64,000 bases of DNA, taken from the NCBI GenBank assembly GCA_965242865.1, contig CBDETK010000013.1:192001-256000 (forward strand). The letters are read 5' to 3'. This document shows, one piece after another, positions 8,818 through 18,105 of this stretch. A program made the translations under genes and the position numbers. Under the pieces are notes generated by a model. The model searched no databases. It was not told where the DNA came from and was given only the letters and a program-made list of their open reading frames with translations. The DNA is from Candidatus Latescibacterota bacterium (GTDB lineage Bacteria > Latescibacterota > UBA2968 > UBA8231). How positions within the stretch are numbered: the stretch's first letter is position 1; each line of letters begins with the position of its first letter.

Positions 8818-10626
8818 TTACGACTCGTCCTGCTCGTCGTGGGCGTCGCCCCAGCTTTCCATCTCGTCGTCCTTGTCGGCGTCGGCGTCGGCGTCGGCCT
8901 CATCGGCGACCTCTTGCGCTTGGACGGGGTGCTCGGCCAAGTAGGCTTCGTACTCGGCTTGGTCTTTGTCCTTGAAGTACTCGCGCACGCTGAGGACGAT
9001 CTTTTTCTGGTTCTTGTCGAACTCAATGACCTCTAGCGGCAGGTCCTGCCCTTCGGCAAAGCTCTGGCCCGGGGCTTGCAGCCCGTCGATAGCCAACTGC
9101 GACAGCGGCACAAACCCATCGACTTCGTCGGCGAGCGAGACGACGATGCCGCGCTTGAGGATCCGCGAGATCGCGCCCTGGATCTCGACGCCCACGGCGT
9201 ACTGATCGGCGAAGCGGGGCCAAGGATTTTCCACGGTCTCCTTGTGGCTGAGCGAGATGCGGCGGCGCTTGATGTCGATTTCGGAGACGACTACGGGGAT
9301 CACGTCGCCCTTTTTGAACATTTCGCTGGCTTGGCGGATGCGCTTGGTCCACGACATATCCGAAATGTGGACTAGGCCATCGATGTTGTCCTCAATCTCG
9401 ACGAAGGCTCCGAAGTTGGTCAGGCTGCACACCGTGCCTTGGATCTGGGTGCCGGGGGGGTACTTGGCGTCGAGCGTATCCCACGGATCCTCCTCGGTTT
9501 GCTTCATGCCGAGCGAGATTTTCTGGTTCTCACTGTCGATCTTGAGCACCTTCACGTCGACGATGTCGCTGATGGCAACCAACTTGGAAGGGTGGCGCAC
9601 GTGCTGCGTCCACGACATCTCGGAGATGTGGACCAGGCCCTCAATGCCCTCCTCCAGCTCGACGAAGGCCCCGTAGTCGGTGATGGAGACCACCTTGCCT
9701 CGCACTTGGCTTTCGAGTGGGTACTTCTTGTCGATGTTCTCCCACGGATGGGGGGTTAGCTGCTTGAGGCCCAAGGAGATGCGCTCGCGTGTGCGGTCGT
9801 AGCTGAGCACCTTGACCTTGATGCGGTCGCCGATGGAGACCAACTCCGAGGGGTGGTTGACCCGCCCCCACGACATGTCGGTAATGTGGAGGAGGCCATC
9901 GACGCCGCCCAAGTCGATGAAGGCTCCAAAGTCGGTGATGTTTTTGACGACGCCCTCGCGGATCTGGCCTTCCTCCAACACCTTGACGATCTCGTCGCGC
10001 ATCCGCGCCCGCTCTTCTTCTAGCACGGCGCGGCGCGAGACCACGATGTTGCGCCGCGTCTTGTTGAGCTTGATGATCTTGAAGGGGAACTCGTGGCCGA
10101 TGAACTGGTCGAAGTTCTTGACTTGGCGGATGTCGATCTGCGAGCCGGGCAAAAAGGCCTCGACGCCGAACAGGCTGACGACGATGCCGCCCTTGATGCG
10201 CCGCATTAGCTGGCCCTCGACCGTGGTGCCGGCGTCGTAGGCATCCCGGATCGAATCCCAGACGCGCATGAAATCGGCCTTTTGCTTGGAGAGCACGGCT
10301 TGGCCCTCTTGGTCTTCGATGTTCTCCAAGAAGACCTCGATTTTTTGGCCCTGCTCAATGGACGCCGGGTCGGCAAACTCCTTGATCGGCACCGCGCCCT
10401 CGGACTTGAAGCCGATGTCGACCATCACCTCGCTGGGGCCGATGGAGACGACTTCGCCCTCGACGATCTGGCCCTCCTTAATGCCGGAGATGCTCTCGTC
10501 GTACAGGGCCATGAGCTCGGCGTATTGGTCTGGGTCGTACTCGGGCTTTTCCAGCTCTTCGACGCTGATGTTGCCGTACACGGGCTTTGCTGGCTGCTCT
10601 AGTGTTGCTGTGGTTTCCTCGGTCAT
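8818..10626 (-). CDS. rpsA: 30S ribosomal protein S1
   Basis: Six S1 repeats (ITDFGAFIDLGGVDGLLHITDMSW etc.), acidic tail; GAGGA upstream of ATG 10626. Confidence 0.97.
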   Translation of the reverse strand: MTEETTATLEQPAKPVYGNISVEELEKPEYDPDQYAELMALYDESISGIKEGQIVEGEVVSIGPSEVMVDIGFKSEGAVPIKEFADPASIEQGQKIEVFLENIEDQEGQAVLSKQKADFMRVWDSIRDAYDAGTTVEGQLMRRIKGGIVVSLFGVEAFLPGSQIDIRQVKNFDQFIGHEFPFKIIKLNKTRRNIVVSRRAVLEEERARMRDEIVKVLEEGQIREGVVKNITDFGAFIDLGGVDGLLHITDMSWGRVNHPSELVSIGDRIKVKVLSYDRTRERISLGLKQLTPHPWENIDKKYPLESQVRGKVVSITDYGAFVELEEGIEGLVHISEMSWTQHVRHPSKLVAISDIVDVKVLKIDSENQKISLGMKQTEEDPWDTLDAKYPPGTQIQGTVCSLTNFGAFVEIEDNIDGLVHISDMSWTKRIRQASEMFKKGDVIPVVVSEIDIKRRRISLSHKETVENPWPRFADQYAVGVEIQGAISRILKRGIVVSLADEVDGFVPLSQLAIDGLQAPGQSFAEGQDLPLEVIEFDKNQKKIVLSVREYFKDKDQAEYEAYLAEHPVQAQEVADEADADADADKDDEMESWGDAHDEQDES

Positions 10627-10707
10627 GTCGTGCAAATCCTCAAAACGGTTAAGGCGAAGCGGGTACTTCGCGTTGGGTGATACCGGCGCGGGCTCTCCGC
10701 GCCGGCG

Positions 10708-11379
10708 TTAGGCGCCGCGTTGGCGGGCCAATGCGACGACGCATTCTACTTGCTCTGCCAAGGTCATGCGCGTCGTGTCGATCTCGACGATTTCGGCCGC
10801 GGCGCTCGTGCCTCCGTAGTCGCGGGCCGCGTCTTCCCGGTCGCGCGTTTGGATGTCGGAGCGGACTTGCTCCAAGGTGATGCCTACTCCGCTGGCGGTC
10901 AATTCTCGGTGTCGCCGGCGAGCGCGCTCTGAAAAGTCGGCCACCAAGGCGATTTTTAGCTCGGCGTCGGGAAAGACTACCGCAGCAATGTCGCGCCCTT
11001 CGGCCACTACGCCGCCCCCTTGGCCCCACCGCTGCTGCTGGGCGACTAGGGCGCGGCGCACCAAAGGCACGTCTGCGTACGCACTCACTCGACGGGTGAT
11101 TGCGGGCTGGCGAATCGCGTCGCTTATGTCCTGTCCGTTGAGCAGGACGCGCCCCCGGCCCGAGTCCAAATCTAGGGTTGAGGTGGCCAATAGGTCCTCC
11201 AGCGCGGCTGTGTCCTCGGGCGAAACCCCCCGGCGGGTGGCCGCCAAGGCCACGGCTCGGTACATGGCGCCGGTGTCGAGGTGGCGGTAGCCCAGCCGCT
11301 CGGCCACCTGCCGCGCCGTGGTCGTCTTGCCGGTGCCGATGGTGCCGTTGATGGCGATGACGATCCCGCGCCGCTTCAC
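10708..11379 (-). CDS. cmk: Cytidylate kinase
   Basis: LDTGAMYRAVA, VVAEGRDI, ERARRR. GTG start overlaps the rluB stop (GTGA); adjacent to rpsA as usual. Confidence 0.88.
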   Translation of the reverse strand: MKRRGIVIAINGTIGTGKTTTARQVAERLGYRHLDTGAMYRAVALAATRRGVSPEDTAALEDLLATSTLDLDSGRGRVLLNGQDISDAIRQPAITRRVSAYADVPLVRRALVAQQQRWGQGGGVVAEGRDIAAVVFPDAELKIALVADFSERARRRHRELTASGVGITLEQVRSDIQTRDREDAARDYGGTSAAAEIVEIDTTRMTLAEQVECVVALARQRGA

Positions 11380-12125
11380 AAGCCCACCTCGGCTTTGAGC
11401 TGGCGGATTTCCCCGGGGCTGAGGCGGCGGTGCTGGCCGGCGGCGAGCGCGCCGAGGGTCAGCCCGGCAAATTCGACCCGCGTCAAGTGCCGAACCGGAT
11501 AGCCGACGGCGCGGAGCATGCGGCGGACTTGCCGCTTGCGCCCCTCGTGAATGCAAAGGCTCAGCCGGGCCTGCTCGGCCCAACCGCTTCGCCAGCGCTC
11601 CTCTACTCGGACCTGAGCCGGCGCCGTAAGCCCGTCGCCGAGCGCAATGCCGGCGCGCAGCCGATCGAGCTGGTCCTCGCACGGATCGCCGCTGACGACT
11701 GCCTCGTAGCGCTTGGCGACGACAAAGCGCGGGTGCAGCAGCCGATGGCCGAGGGCCCCGTCGTCGGTCAGCAGCAAAAGCCCGGTGGTGTCGAGGTCGA
11801 GACGGCCTACGGGCACGGTCCCCGGATGGAGGTCCGGCAAGAGGTCGAAGACCGTGGGCCGGTCGCGTGGGTCGCGGCGGGTTACTAGATAGCCGGCCGG
11901 TTTGTGCAAAAGCACGTATTCGTACTGGCTGGTCAGGGTGAGGACCCGGCCGCGGCACTCGACGCGGTCGGCATGGACTGCGACTGTTCGGCCCGGCTCG
12001 GCGACGACCTCGCCGTTGACGCAAACCGCGCCGCTTTGGATCAGGGCATCGCTGTGGCGGCGCGAGGCCACCCCGCAGCGGGCCAAGAAGCGATTGAGGC
12101 GCATTTGCGGCTCAGGAGCGTTCAC
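11376..12125 (-). CDS. rluB: rRNA pseudouridine synthase (RluB/RsuA family)
   Basis: S4 domain RLNRFLARCGVASRR; GRLDLDTTGLLLLT; EGRKRQVRRM. Confidence 0.88.
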   Translation of the reverse strand: MNAPEPQMRLNRFLARCGVASRRHSDALIQSGAVCVNGEVVAEPGRTVAVHADRVECRGRVLTLTSQYEYVLLHKPAGYLVTRRDPRDRPTVFDLLPDLHPGTVPVGRLDLDTTGLLLLTDDGALGHRLLHPRFVVAKRYEAVVSGDPCEDQLDRLRAGIALGDGLTAPAQVRVEERWRSGWAEQARLSLCIHEGRKRQVRRMLRAVGYPVRHLTRVEFAGLTLGALAAGQHRRLSPGEIRQLKAEVGL

Positions 12126-12768
12126 CGTGGTCCCCTTCCTCGGCCTGCTTTTGCAGCTCGTCTAGCTCGGAGGCGAGCTGGCGGGCGGCCGCTGGCGGCG
12201 GGCCCTCGGCGAGTAGCTCTTCTAATTCCTTGGGCTTGGGCAACTCGCCTAGCCCCCGCAACCCAAAGTGGAGCAAAAATTCTCGGGTGGTGCCAAAGAG
12301 CATGGGTTTGCCAATGCCCTCGGAGCGACCGGCGAGGCGGACCATGTTGAGCTCCATCAGGGTGTGCAAGGCACCGGCCGAGCTCACGCCGCGGATGTTG
12401 TCGATTTCAACGCGGGTGACCGGCTGCTTGAAGGCGACGATGGCGAGGACTTCGAGACCTGCCGGCGAGAGGCGCACTTGGCGCACGGTCTTGTGGTACT
12501 TGCGCAGCCACGGGCCGCAGGCTTGGCGCGAGGCGAGCTGATAGCCCCCCGCCAGCTCGACGACTTCGATCCCGTGCCCGGCCGCTTCGTACTGGGCGTT
12601 GAGCGCGTCGATGACCTCGCGAATGTCGCGGCCGTTGTACCCGGCGAGCAAATTGACGAGGCGACCCGGGGTCACCGGCTCGGTGGCCGTCAGCAGAATG
12701 GCCTCGATGATCGCCCGCGCCCGCGCCGGGGCGACGTCGCGCGCGGCGGCTGTGGATTCATGGCTCAC
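12112..12768 (-). CDS. scpB: SMC-Scp complex subunit ScpB
   Basis: IIEAILL; LEVLAIVAFKQPVTRVEIDNIRGV; FGTTREFLLHFGL. GTG start overlaps the scpA stop. Confidence 0.93.
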   Translation of the reverse strand: MSHESTAAARDVAPARARAIIEAILLTATEPVTPGRLVNLLAGYNGRDIREVIDALNAQYEAAGHGIEVVELAGGYQLASRQACGPWLRKYHKTVRQVRLSPAGLEVLAIVAFKQPVTRVEIDNIRGVSSAGALHTLMELNMVRLAGRSEGIGKPMLFGTTREFLLHFGLRGLGELPKPKELEELLAEGPPPAAARQLASELDELQKQAEEGDHGERS

Positions 12769-13532
12769 GGCACGGCGGTCAGTTGGGGTGGGGATGGCTC
12801 GATCCAGATCGCGTCGAAGGGGCGCGCCTGCTGGACGCGGACGCGCTGCGACTTGAGCAGCTCTAGGACGCCGACAAAGGTGGCGATTAGGGCGCGGCGG
12901 TCGCGGCCTTGGAGCAGGTCCATGAAGCGGATGCGCTCGCACTGCTCTAGCACTGCCAACAGATAGTCGATGCACTCGGCGACCGACACCTCTTCTTCGG
13001 CGATCTGGTGTACTAGGTTTGCCGGGATCGTGTCGAGCACGTGCTTGTACACGACCAAGAGGTCGAACAGGGATACGGGCTGCAACTGGGCCGCCTCGTC
13101 AACGCTGGCGCCCAGTCCTTGGCGGCGCAGGTACACGTCGCGCCGCTCGTTTTTGCGCACGCCCAGCCAGTCGGCAATGTCCTTGAACTGCTGGTACTCT
13201 AACAGGCGGCGGACCAACTCGGCCTTTAGGTCCTCCTCGCCTTCGCCCTCGCCGTCGAGCCCGAGTTCGTCGCGGGGCAGCATCATCTGCGACTTGATCC
13301 GCAGCAGGGTGGCCGCCATGAGGATGAAGTCGCTGGCCTGTTCGATGTCGAGCTGGTGGAGGTGTTGCAAGAAGCCCAAGTACTGGGTGGTGATGTGGGC
13401 GATGGGAATGTCGTAGATGTCCAACTCGTCTTTGCGGATCAGGTAGAGCAACAGGTCCATGGGGCCTTCAAAGACGTCGAGCTTGACTTCGTAGAGAGCC
13501 GATTCTTCTTGTTCGATCGCGTCGCGTTCCAC
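12765..13532 (-). CDS. scpA: Segregation/condensation protein ScpA (kleisin)
   Basis: FEGPMDLLLYLIRK; FILMAATLLRIKS; TFVGVLEL. Confidence 0.95.
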   Translation of the reverse strand: MERDAIEQEESALYEVKLDVFEGPMDLLLYLIRKDELDIYDIPIAHITTQYLGFLQHLHQLDIEQASDFILMAATLLRIKSQMMLPRDELGLDGEGEGEEDLKAELVRRLLEYQQFKDIADWLGVRKNERRDVYLRRQGLGASVDEAAQLQPVSLFDLLVVYKHVLDTIPANLVHQIAEEEVSVAECIDYLLAVLEQCERIRFMDLLQGRDRRALIATFVGVLELLKSQRVRVQQARPFDAIWIEPSPPQLTAVP

Positions 13533-13545
13533 GAGAGCACCTGCC

Positions 13546-14049
13546 TCAGTCGATAAAAAGATAGGGTTTCCAGCGCTGATCGTCGATGCCGACGAAGTTG
13601 CGGATGAAGCTCACATTGTTGGGGCGCTTGGGTTTGGTGCGCAGCACGAGGCCGACCTGCTCGGGCCGGTGTTCGCCTTTCTTGTTGTTGCACAGGGCGC
13701 AGGCGCAGACGAGGTTTTCCCAAGTCCCTTGGCCCCCCTTGGTGCGCGGCACGATGTGGTCCACCGTGAGCTTGCCGTCTTTGCGACCGCAGTACTGGCA
13801 CTGGTGGTTGTCGCGCTTGAGGATATTGCGCTTGGAAAGCACGACCCGCCGGCGCGGGGCGCGGATGTAGCGCCCGAGGCGGACGACGCTGGGCACTGGA
13901 TAGTCTTGCGAGACCGAATGGATCACCTCATTCATCTTTTCGACCGCTTCGGCCTTTCCGCGCAAAACCAGCAGCAAGGCCCGGCGGACGCTGCATACGC
14001 TCAGGGGCTCGTAGTTTTGGTTGAGGACGAGTACTGTTCTTTCCAGCAA
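13546..14049 (-). CDS. HNH endonuclease (McrA-like, Zn-binding)
   Basis: VLVLNQNYEPL; RDNHQCQYCG..TVDHIVPR..WENLVCACALCNNKK. Confidence 0.9.
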   Translation of the reverse strand: MLERTVLVLNQNYEPLSVCSVRRALLLVLRGKAEAVEKMNEVIHSVSQDYPVPSVVRLGRYIRAPRRRVVLSKRNILKRDNHQCQYCGRKDGKLTVDHIVPRTKGGQGTWENLVCACALCNNKKGEHRPEQVGLVLRTKPKRPNNVSFIRNFVGIDDQRWKPYLFID

Positions 14050-14163
14050 GGGTCTATCCCCGGTATAGGGCTGATTGACAGATGGTACGCACGTAAAGTT
14101 AAGCCTTTACGCTGCTTTTAGCATGTTCCACCTGGGGACTGATTATAACGAACAAATGCAAGG

Positions 14164-14556
14164 TCAGAGGTTGGCGAGCCGGTCGGCGTAATCTTGGGCG
14201 CTGAGCAAGTGCTCCAAGTCCGCAGCGTCGTCAATGCGGAGCTTGAGCAACCAGCCGCTGCCATAAGGGTCTTCGTTGATCGGTTCGGCCCCTTCTGCGA
14301 GGTCGTCGTTGATGGCTAGGACCTCGCCGGAAACCGGGGCGATCAGGTCGGCCACCGTCTTAACCGCCTCAATCGTGCCAAAGGTTTCGCCCCTTTCGAC
14401 GTGTTCGCCCACTTCGGGCAACTCGGCGAATACGATGTCTCCCAATTCGGTTTGCGCGAAATCCGTAATGCCGACGGTGGCGCTGTCGCTTTCTAGCAGA
14501 AGCCATTCGTGGCTTTCCGAATAGAGCAAGTGGTCGGGGATTTGGGTCTGGCTCAT
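14164..14556 (-). CDS. gcvH: Glycine cleavage H / lipoyl carrier protein
   Basis: YSESHEW; VGITDFAQTELGD; EAVK lipoyl lysine; INEDPYGSGWL. Confidence 0.93.
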   Translation of the reverse strand: MSQTQIPDHLLYSESHEWLLLESDSATVGITDFAQTELGDIVFAELPEVGEHVERGETFGTIEAVKTVADLIAPVSGEVLAINDDLAEGAEPINEDPYGSGWLLKLRIDDAADLEHLLSAQDYADRLANL

Positions 14557-14576
14557 AATCGCCTCGTTCCCGTTTG

Positions 14577-15923
14577 CTAAGACGCCTGCTCCGCGTTGGC
14601 CACGTAGTTGGTGTCGAACTGCCCGGCGATAAAGTCGGGGTTGGTGAGCAGGGTTTGGTGAAAGGGGATGGTGGTGGCCACGCCTTCTATGGTGCATTCG
14701 CCCAAGACTCGCCGCATCCGCGCTAGGGCCCCTTGGCGATTGGGGCCGTAGGTGATGATTTTGGCCAACAGGGAGTCGTAGTACGGGGGAATCTCGTAGC
14801 CTTGGTAGATGTGGCTGTCGATGCGGACGCCGGGGCCGCCCGGCAGGTGGAGGACCTCGATGATGCCCGACGAGGGGATGAAGTTGTGCGCGGGGTCTTC
14901 GGCGTTGATCCGGCATTCAATGGCATGCCCGGTGAGCTGGACGTCCTCTTGGCTCAGGCGGAGGGCTTCGCCGGTCGCGATGCGAATTTGTTCCTCAACT
15001 AAGTTGATGCCGGTGACCATTTCGGTGACCGGGTGTTCAACTTGGATGCGGGTATTCATCTCCATGAAGTAGAAGTTGTGGTCTGAATCGACGAGAAACT
15101 CAATGGTGCCCGCGCTGTAGTAGCCAACGGCCGCGGCCCCGGCGAGCGCGGCTTCCCCGAGCCGCTGGCGCAAGCTGGCGTCGACGACTGGCGAGGGGCT
15201 TTCTTCTAAGAGCTTCTGGTTCCGCCGCTGAATGGAACACTCGCGCTCGCCGAGATGGACCAGGTGCCCGTGCTGGTCGCCGAGGACTTGGATTTCGATG
15301 TGGCGCGCCGCTTCAATGGAGCGCTCCATATACACGGCGTCGCTGGTAAAGGCGGTGCGGGCTTCGCGGCGCGCCATCTGATAGGCTTCCTCCAATTCAT
15401 CCATGGCGCGGACGACCCGCATCCCGCGCCCGCCGCCGCCGGCCGCGGCCTTGAGCCGCAGGGGGAAGCCGACCTGTTCCGCCCATTGCCGAGCGTCGTC
15501 TAGCGATTCAAGGGATCCTTCGCTGCCCGGCACTACGGGCACCCCGGCTTGCTGCATGGTGTGGCGCGCGACGGCCTTGTCGCCCATGCTGCGAATGGCC
15601 GCGGTTGGCGGGCCGATGAACGCGATGCCGCAATCGGCGCAGATTGCGGAGAAGTCCGCGTCTTCGGCCAAGGGGCCGTAGCCGGGGTGAATTGCGTCGG
15701 CGTTGGTCAGCTCGGCCGCGCTGATGATGTTGACGATGTTGCGGTAGCTGTCCTTGCCGGCGGCCGGCCCGATGCAGACGTCCTCGTCGGCAAAAGACAC
15801 GTGCAGGGAGCGGGTGTCGGCTTGGGAGTGGACGGCCACGGTCGCGATGCCCAGCTCTTGGCAAGCGCGGATGACGCGCAGCGCGATTTCGCCGCGGTCG
15901 GCAATGAGGATTTTCTCGAACAC
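14577..15923 (-). CDS. accC: Acetyl-CoA carboxylase biotin carboxylase
   Basis: RGEIALRVIRAC; GGGGRGMR; EMNTRIQVEHPVTE; PPYYDSLLAK. Confidence 0.93.
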   Translation of the reverse strand: MFEKILIADRGEIALRVIRACQELGIATVAVHSQADTRSLHVSFADEDVCIGPAAGKDSYRNIVNIISAAELTNADAIHPGYGPLAEDADFSAICADCGIAFIGPPTAAIRSMGDKAVARHTMQQAGVPVVPGSEGSLESLDDARQWAEQVGFPLRLKAAAGGGGRGMRVVRAMDELEEAYQMARREARTAFTSDAVYMERSIEAARHIEIQVLGDQHGHLVHLGERECSIQRRNQKLLEESPSPVVDASLRQRLGEAALAGAAAVGYYSAGTIEFLVDSDHNFYFMEMNTRIQVEHPVTEMVTGINLVEEQIRIATGEALRLSQEDVQLTGHAIECRINAEDPAHNFIPSSGIIEVLHLPGGPGVRIDSHIYQGYEIPPYYDSLLAKIITYGPNRQGALARMRRVLGECTIEGVATTIPFHQTLLTNPDFIAGQFDTNYVANAEQAS

Positions 15924-15929
15924 AGCCGC

Positions 15930-16382
15930 TTAGCTAGGGCGAATTTTGAGCAGCACTTGGTTGTATTCAACCGGCTGGCCGTCGCCGACCAAGATCTCGA
16001 CTACTTCGCCTTGGATATCCGCTGGAATCTCGTTTAGGATCTTCATGGCTTCGATGATGCAGAGGGTCTGGCCGCTTTCGATGCGATCTCCCTTGCGCAC
16101 AAAGGGATCGGCTTCGGGCGAGGGGGCCTGATAAAAGGTGCCGACCATGGGCGAGAGCACCTCGTGGAGGCCGTCGTCGGTCGCTTCGGCCGGGGTGGGC
16201 GCGGCCGGTGCGGGTGCGGTGGGCGCGATGGGCATGGGCGCAGCCGGGGCCACTGGTGCGGGCGCGCGGTTGCGAGTCAGGCGGATGCGCGTACCATGCC
16301 AAAAGCTGTGTTGGATCTCTAACTCGTCGATGTCGCTATCGTGGAAAAGCTCTAGCAGTTTGCGGAGCTTGCCTTCGTTCAC
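15930..16382 (-). CDS. accB: Biotin carboxyl carrier protein
   Basis: SPMVGTFY; EAMK biotinylation motif; Pro/Ala linker. Confidence 0.95.
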   Translation of the reverse strand: MNEGKLRKLLELFHDSDIDELEIQHSFWHGTRIRLTRNRAPAPVAPAAPMPIAPTAPAPAAPTPAEATDDGLHEVLSPMVGTFYQAPSPEADPFVRKGDRIESGQTLCIIEAMKILNEIPADIQGEVVEILVGDGQPVEYNQVLLKIRPS

Positions 16383-16400
16383 AGGAGGTGTCGTCCTTTC

Positions 16401-16958
16401 TCAAACGCGCTCTACGTATTCGCCGGTGCGGGTATCGACCTTGAGCCGGTCGCCCTTATTGACAAAGAGCGGCACTTGGACCACGTAGCCGGTCTCTAAG
16501 GTCGCTGGCTTGACCGCGCCGGTGGCGGTGTCGCCCTTGACCCCCGGTTCGGTGTGGGTGACGGCTAGGGAGACGAAGTTGGGTAGGTCAACGGCCACGA
16601 CCTCTTCGCCCGCTATGAGGAGGAAGGCGTTCTCGCTTTCTTTGAGGAGGTTGCTCGCCTCGCCGACGATCGCGGCGGACACCGGGATCTGATCGTAGGT
16701 GTCCAAGTTCATGAAGTAGTACAGCCCCTGATCGGAATACAGGTATTGCATCTGGTGCTTTTCGAGCCGGACTTGCTCGACTTTGTCCCCCGAACGGAAC
16801 GTGCGGTCGAGCACGGCCCCGGTCTTGGTATTCTTGAGTTTAGTGCGCACAAAGGCACTGCCCTTGCCCGGCTTGACGTGCTGAAACTCGACGATGGAGA
16901 AGATTTCGCCGTTGAGGTACATGGTAAAGCCGTTTCTAAAATCCGTGGTATCTGCCAT
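16401..16958 (-). CDS. efp: Elongation factor P
   Basis: HVKPGKG; PGVKGDTA; VDTRTGEYVER. Confidence 0.97.
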   Translation of the reverse strand: MADTTDFRNGFTMYLNGEIFSIVEFQHVKPGKGSAFVRTKLKNTKTGAVLDRTFRSGDKVEQVRLEKHQMQYLYSDQGLYYFMNLDTYDQIPVSAAIVGEASNLLKESENAFLLIAGEEVVAVDLPNFVSLAVTHTEPGVKGDTATGAVKPATLETGYVVQVPLFVNKGDRLKVDTRTGEYVERV

Positions 16959-16968
16959 ATCACTCCCG

Positions 16969-17841
16969 TTAGTGCGCTTTGCTGCCTCGTTCTAGCGAAG
17001 CCAGCTTGCTGCGAATGATGGGATTCGTCGGCTCCTGTTGGAGGAGCTCGCGGTACGTTTCAATCGCCTTCTGGGTCAGGCCCTGCGTGGTGTAGATTTC
17101 GGCCAGCGTCATGGTGGCGATGCGATTGTTTTTCGGTGTACTCGGCGTGCTGTCGGCCGCGGTGAGGGGCTCGCTAAGTGCCGGCGTCGGCTCGGTGGCT
17201 TTGTCCTCTTCAATAGCCTGCAAGAGGCGGCTCAATTCGCTGCCATTGGTGTCGCCGTACAGGTCCTCGCGGTCTTTTGGCGGCGGAGCGGGGGCCTTGG
17301 GCCCCGCGCTATCGGCGGGTTCTTCGGGTGTGGGCGCGGCTGGGGCAGAGTGCTCAAAGGTGTTGCCCGCTTCGGGTGTGGGCGCGGCTGGGGCGGCGGG
17401 ACGCCCTGAGTTGCCCGCTTCGGATTTGGGCGCGGCTCGGTCGGCTTGGCTAGCCAAGCGGTCGATCTGCTCGGCTAGGGAAGCGTCGAATGGGTCGAGG
17501 GCTGCGGCTTGGCGCAGGCTTTGCAAGACTCGGGGGGTGAGGCCGAGCCGCTCAAAGAGGTAAGCGAGGCGTTTGTGCCCGCTGGGGTTTTCCGGGTCGA
17601 GCCGCAGGGCTTGCTCCATGGCCTCGTGCGCTCCTTTTAGATCCCCCCGTTTCTCATGGCACTTGCTGAGGACAATAAAGCCGGTGGCGTAATCGGGAAA
17701 ACTCGCACAGCCCTTTTGGCAGAGCGCGAGGGCTTGCTCCACGCGCCCGCGCTTGAGGTAGAGATCGGCGAGGCGCGCAAAATGCGGGAAGCCCGGGTCG
17801 AGTCGGAATGCCTTTTCTAATTTGGTTATGGGATCGGCCAT
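16969..17841 (-). CDS. Tetratricopeptide-repeat protein
   Basis: N-terminal TPRs, Pro/Ala linker, C-terminal ATMTLAEIYTTQG TPR. Confidence 0.8.
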   Translation of the reverse strand: MADPITKLEKAFRLDPGFPHFARLADLYLKRGRVEQALALCQKGCASFPDYATGFIVLSKCHEKRGDLKGAHEAMEQALRLDPENPSGHKRLAYLFERLGLTPRVLQSLRQAAALDPFDASLAEQIDRLASQADRAAPKSEAGNSGRPAAPAAPTPEAGNTFEHSAPAAPTPEEPADSAGPKAPAPPPKDREDLYGDTNGSELSRLLQAIEEDKATEPTPALSEPLTAADSTPSTPKNNRIATMTLAEIYTTQGLTQKAIETYRELLQQEPTNPIIRSKLASLERGSKAH

Positions 17842-17889
17842 TGGGAATGGGCGGTGCTGGCGGTGCTAAGGCGGCTGAAAAGAGAGGCT

Positions 17890-17918
17890 ATTTTATGCTT
17901 TGAACTGGGAAATGTCAA
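17890..17918 (-). promoter_or_regulatory. Sigma-70 promoter for TPR-efp-accBC-gcvH
   Basis: TTGACA-N17-TAAAAT on the minus strand. Confidence 0.75.
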
Positions 17919-17955
17919 GGATGGGGCCGGGCGATGGACAGGGGCTAATTTATAG

Positions 17956-17993
17956 AAAAGGGATGCGGAAGCAGGAAGCAGCGTCCGCACCCC
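17956..17993 (-). terminator. Intrinsic terminator after tRNA-Lys
   Basis: GGGTGCGGA...TCCGCATCC stem followed by CTTTTCT. Confidence 0.55.
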
Positions 17994-17998
17994 AAAGA

Positions 17999-18074
<76 letters not shown>

Positions 18075-18105
18075 GCAGAAAATATCTGCACGAGTGGGCT
18101 GGCCG

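Noticed and set aside
8875-8898. (GTCGGC)x4 in rpsA
   Set aside because: In-frame Asp-Ala low-complexity tail, not a phase-variable switch.
8727-9026. 100-aa N-terminal extension of MutS
   Set aside because: Overlaps rpsA out of frame and crosses its terminator; MutS homology begins at 8726.
17323-17394. 24-bp repeat (APAAPTPE x2) in the TPR gene
   Set aside because: Ordinary linker duplication.
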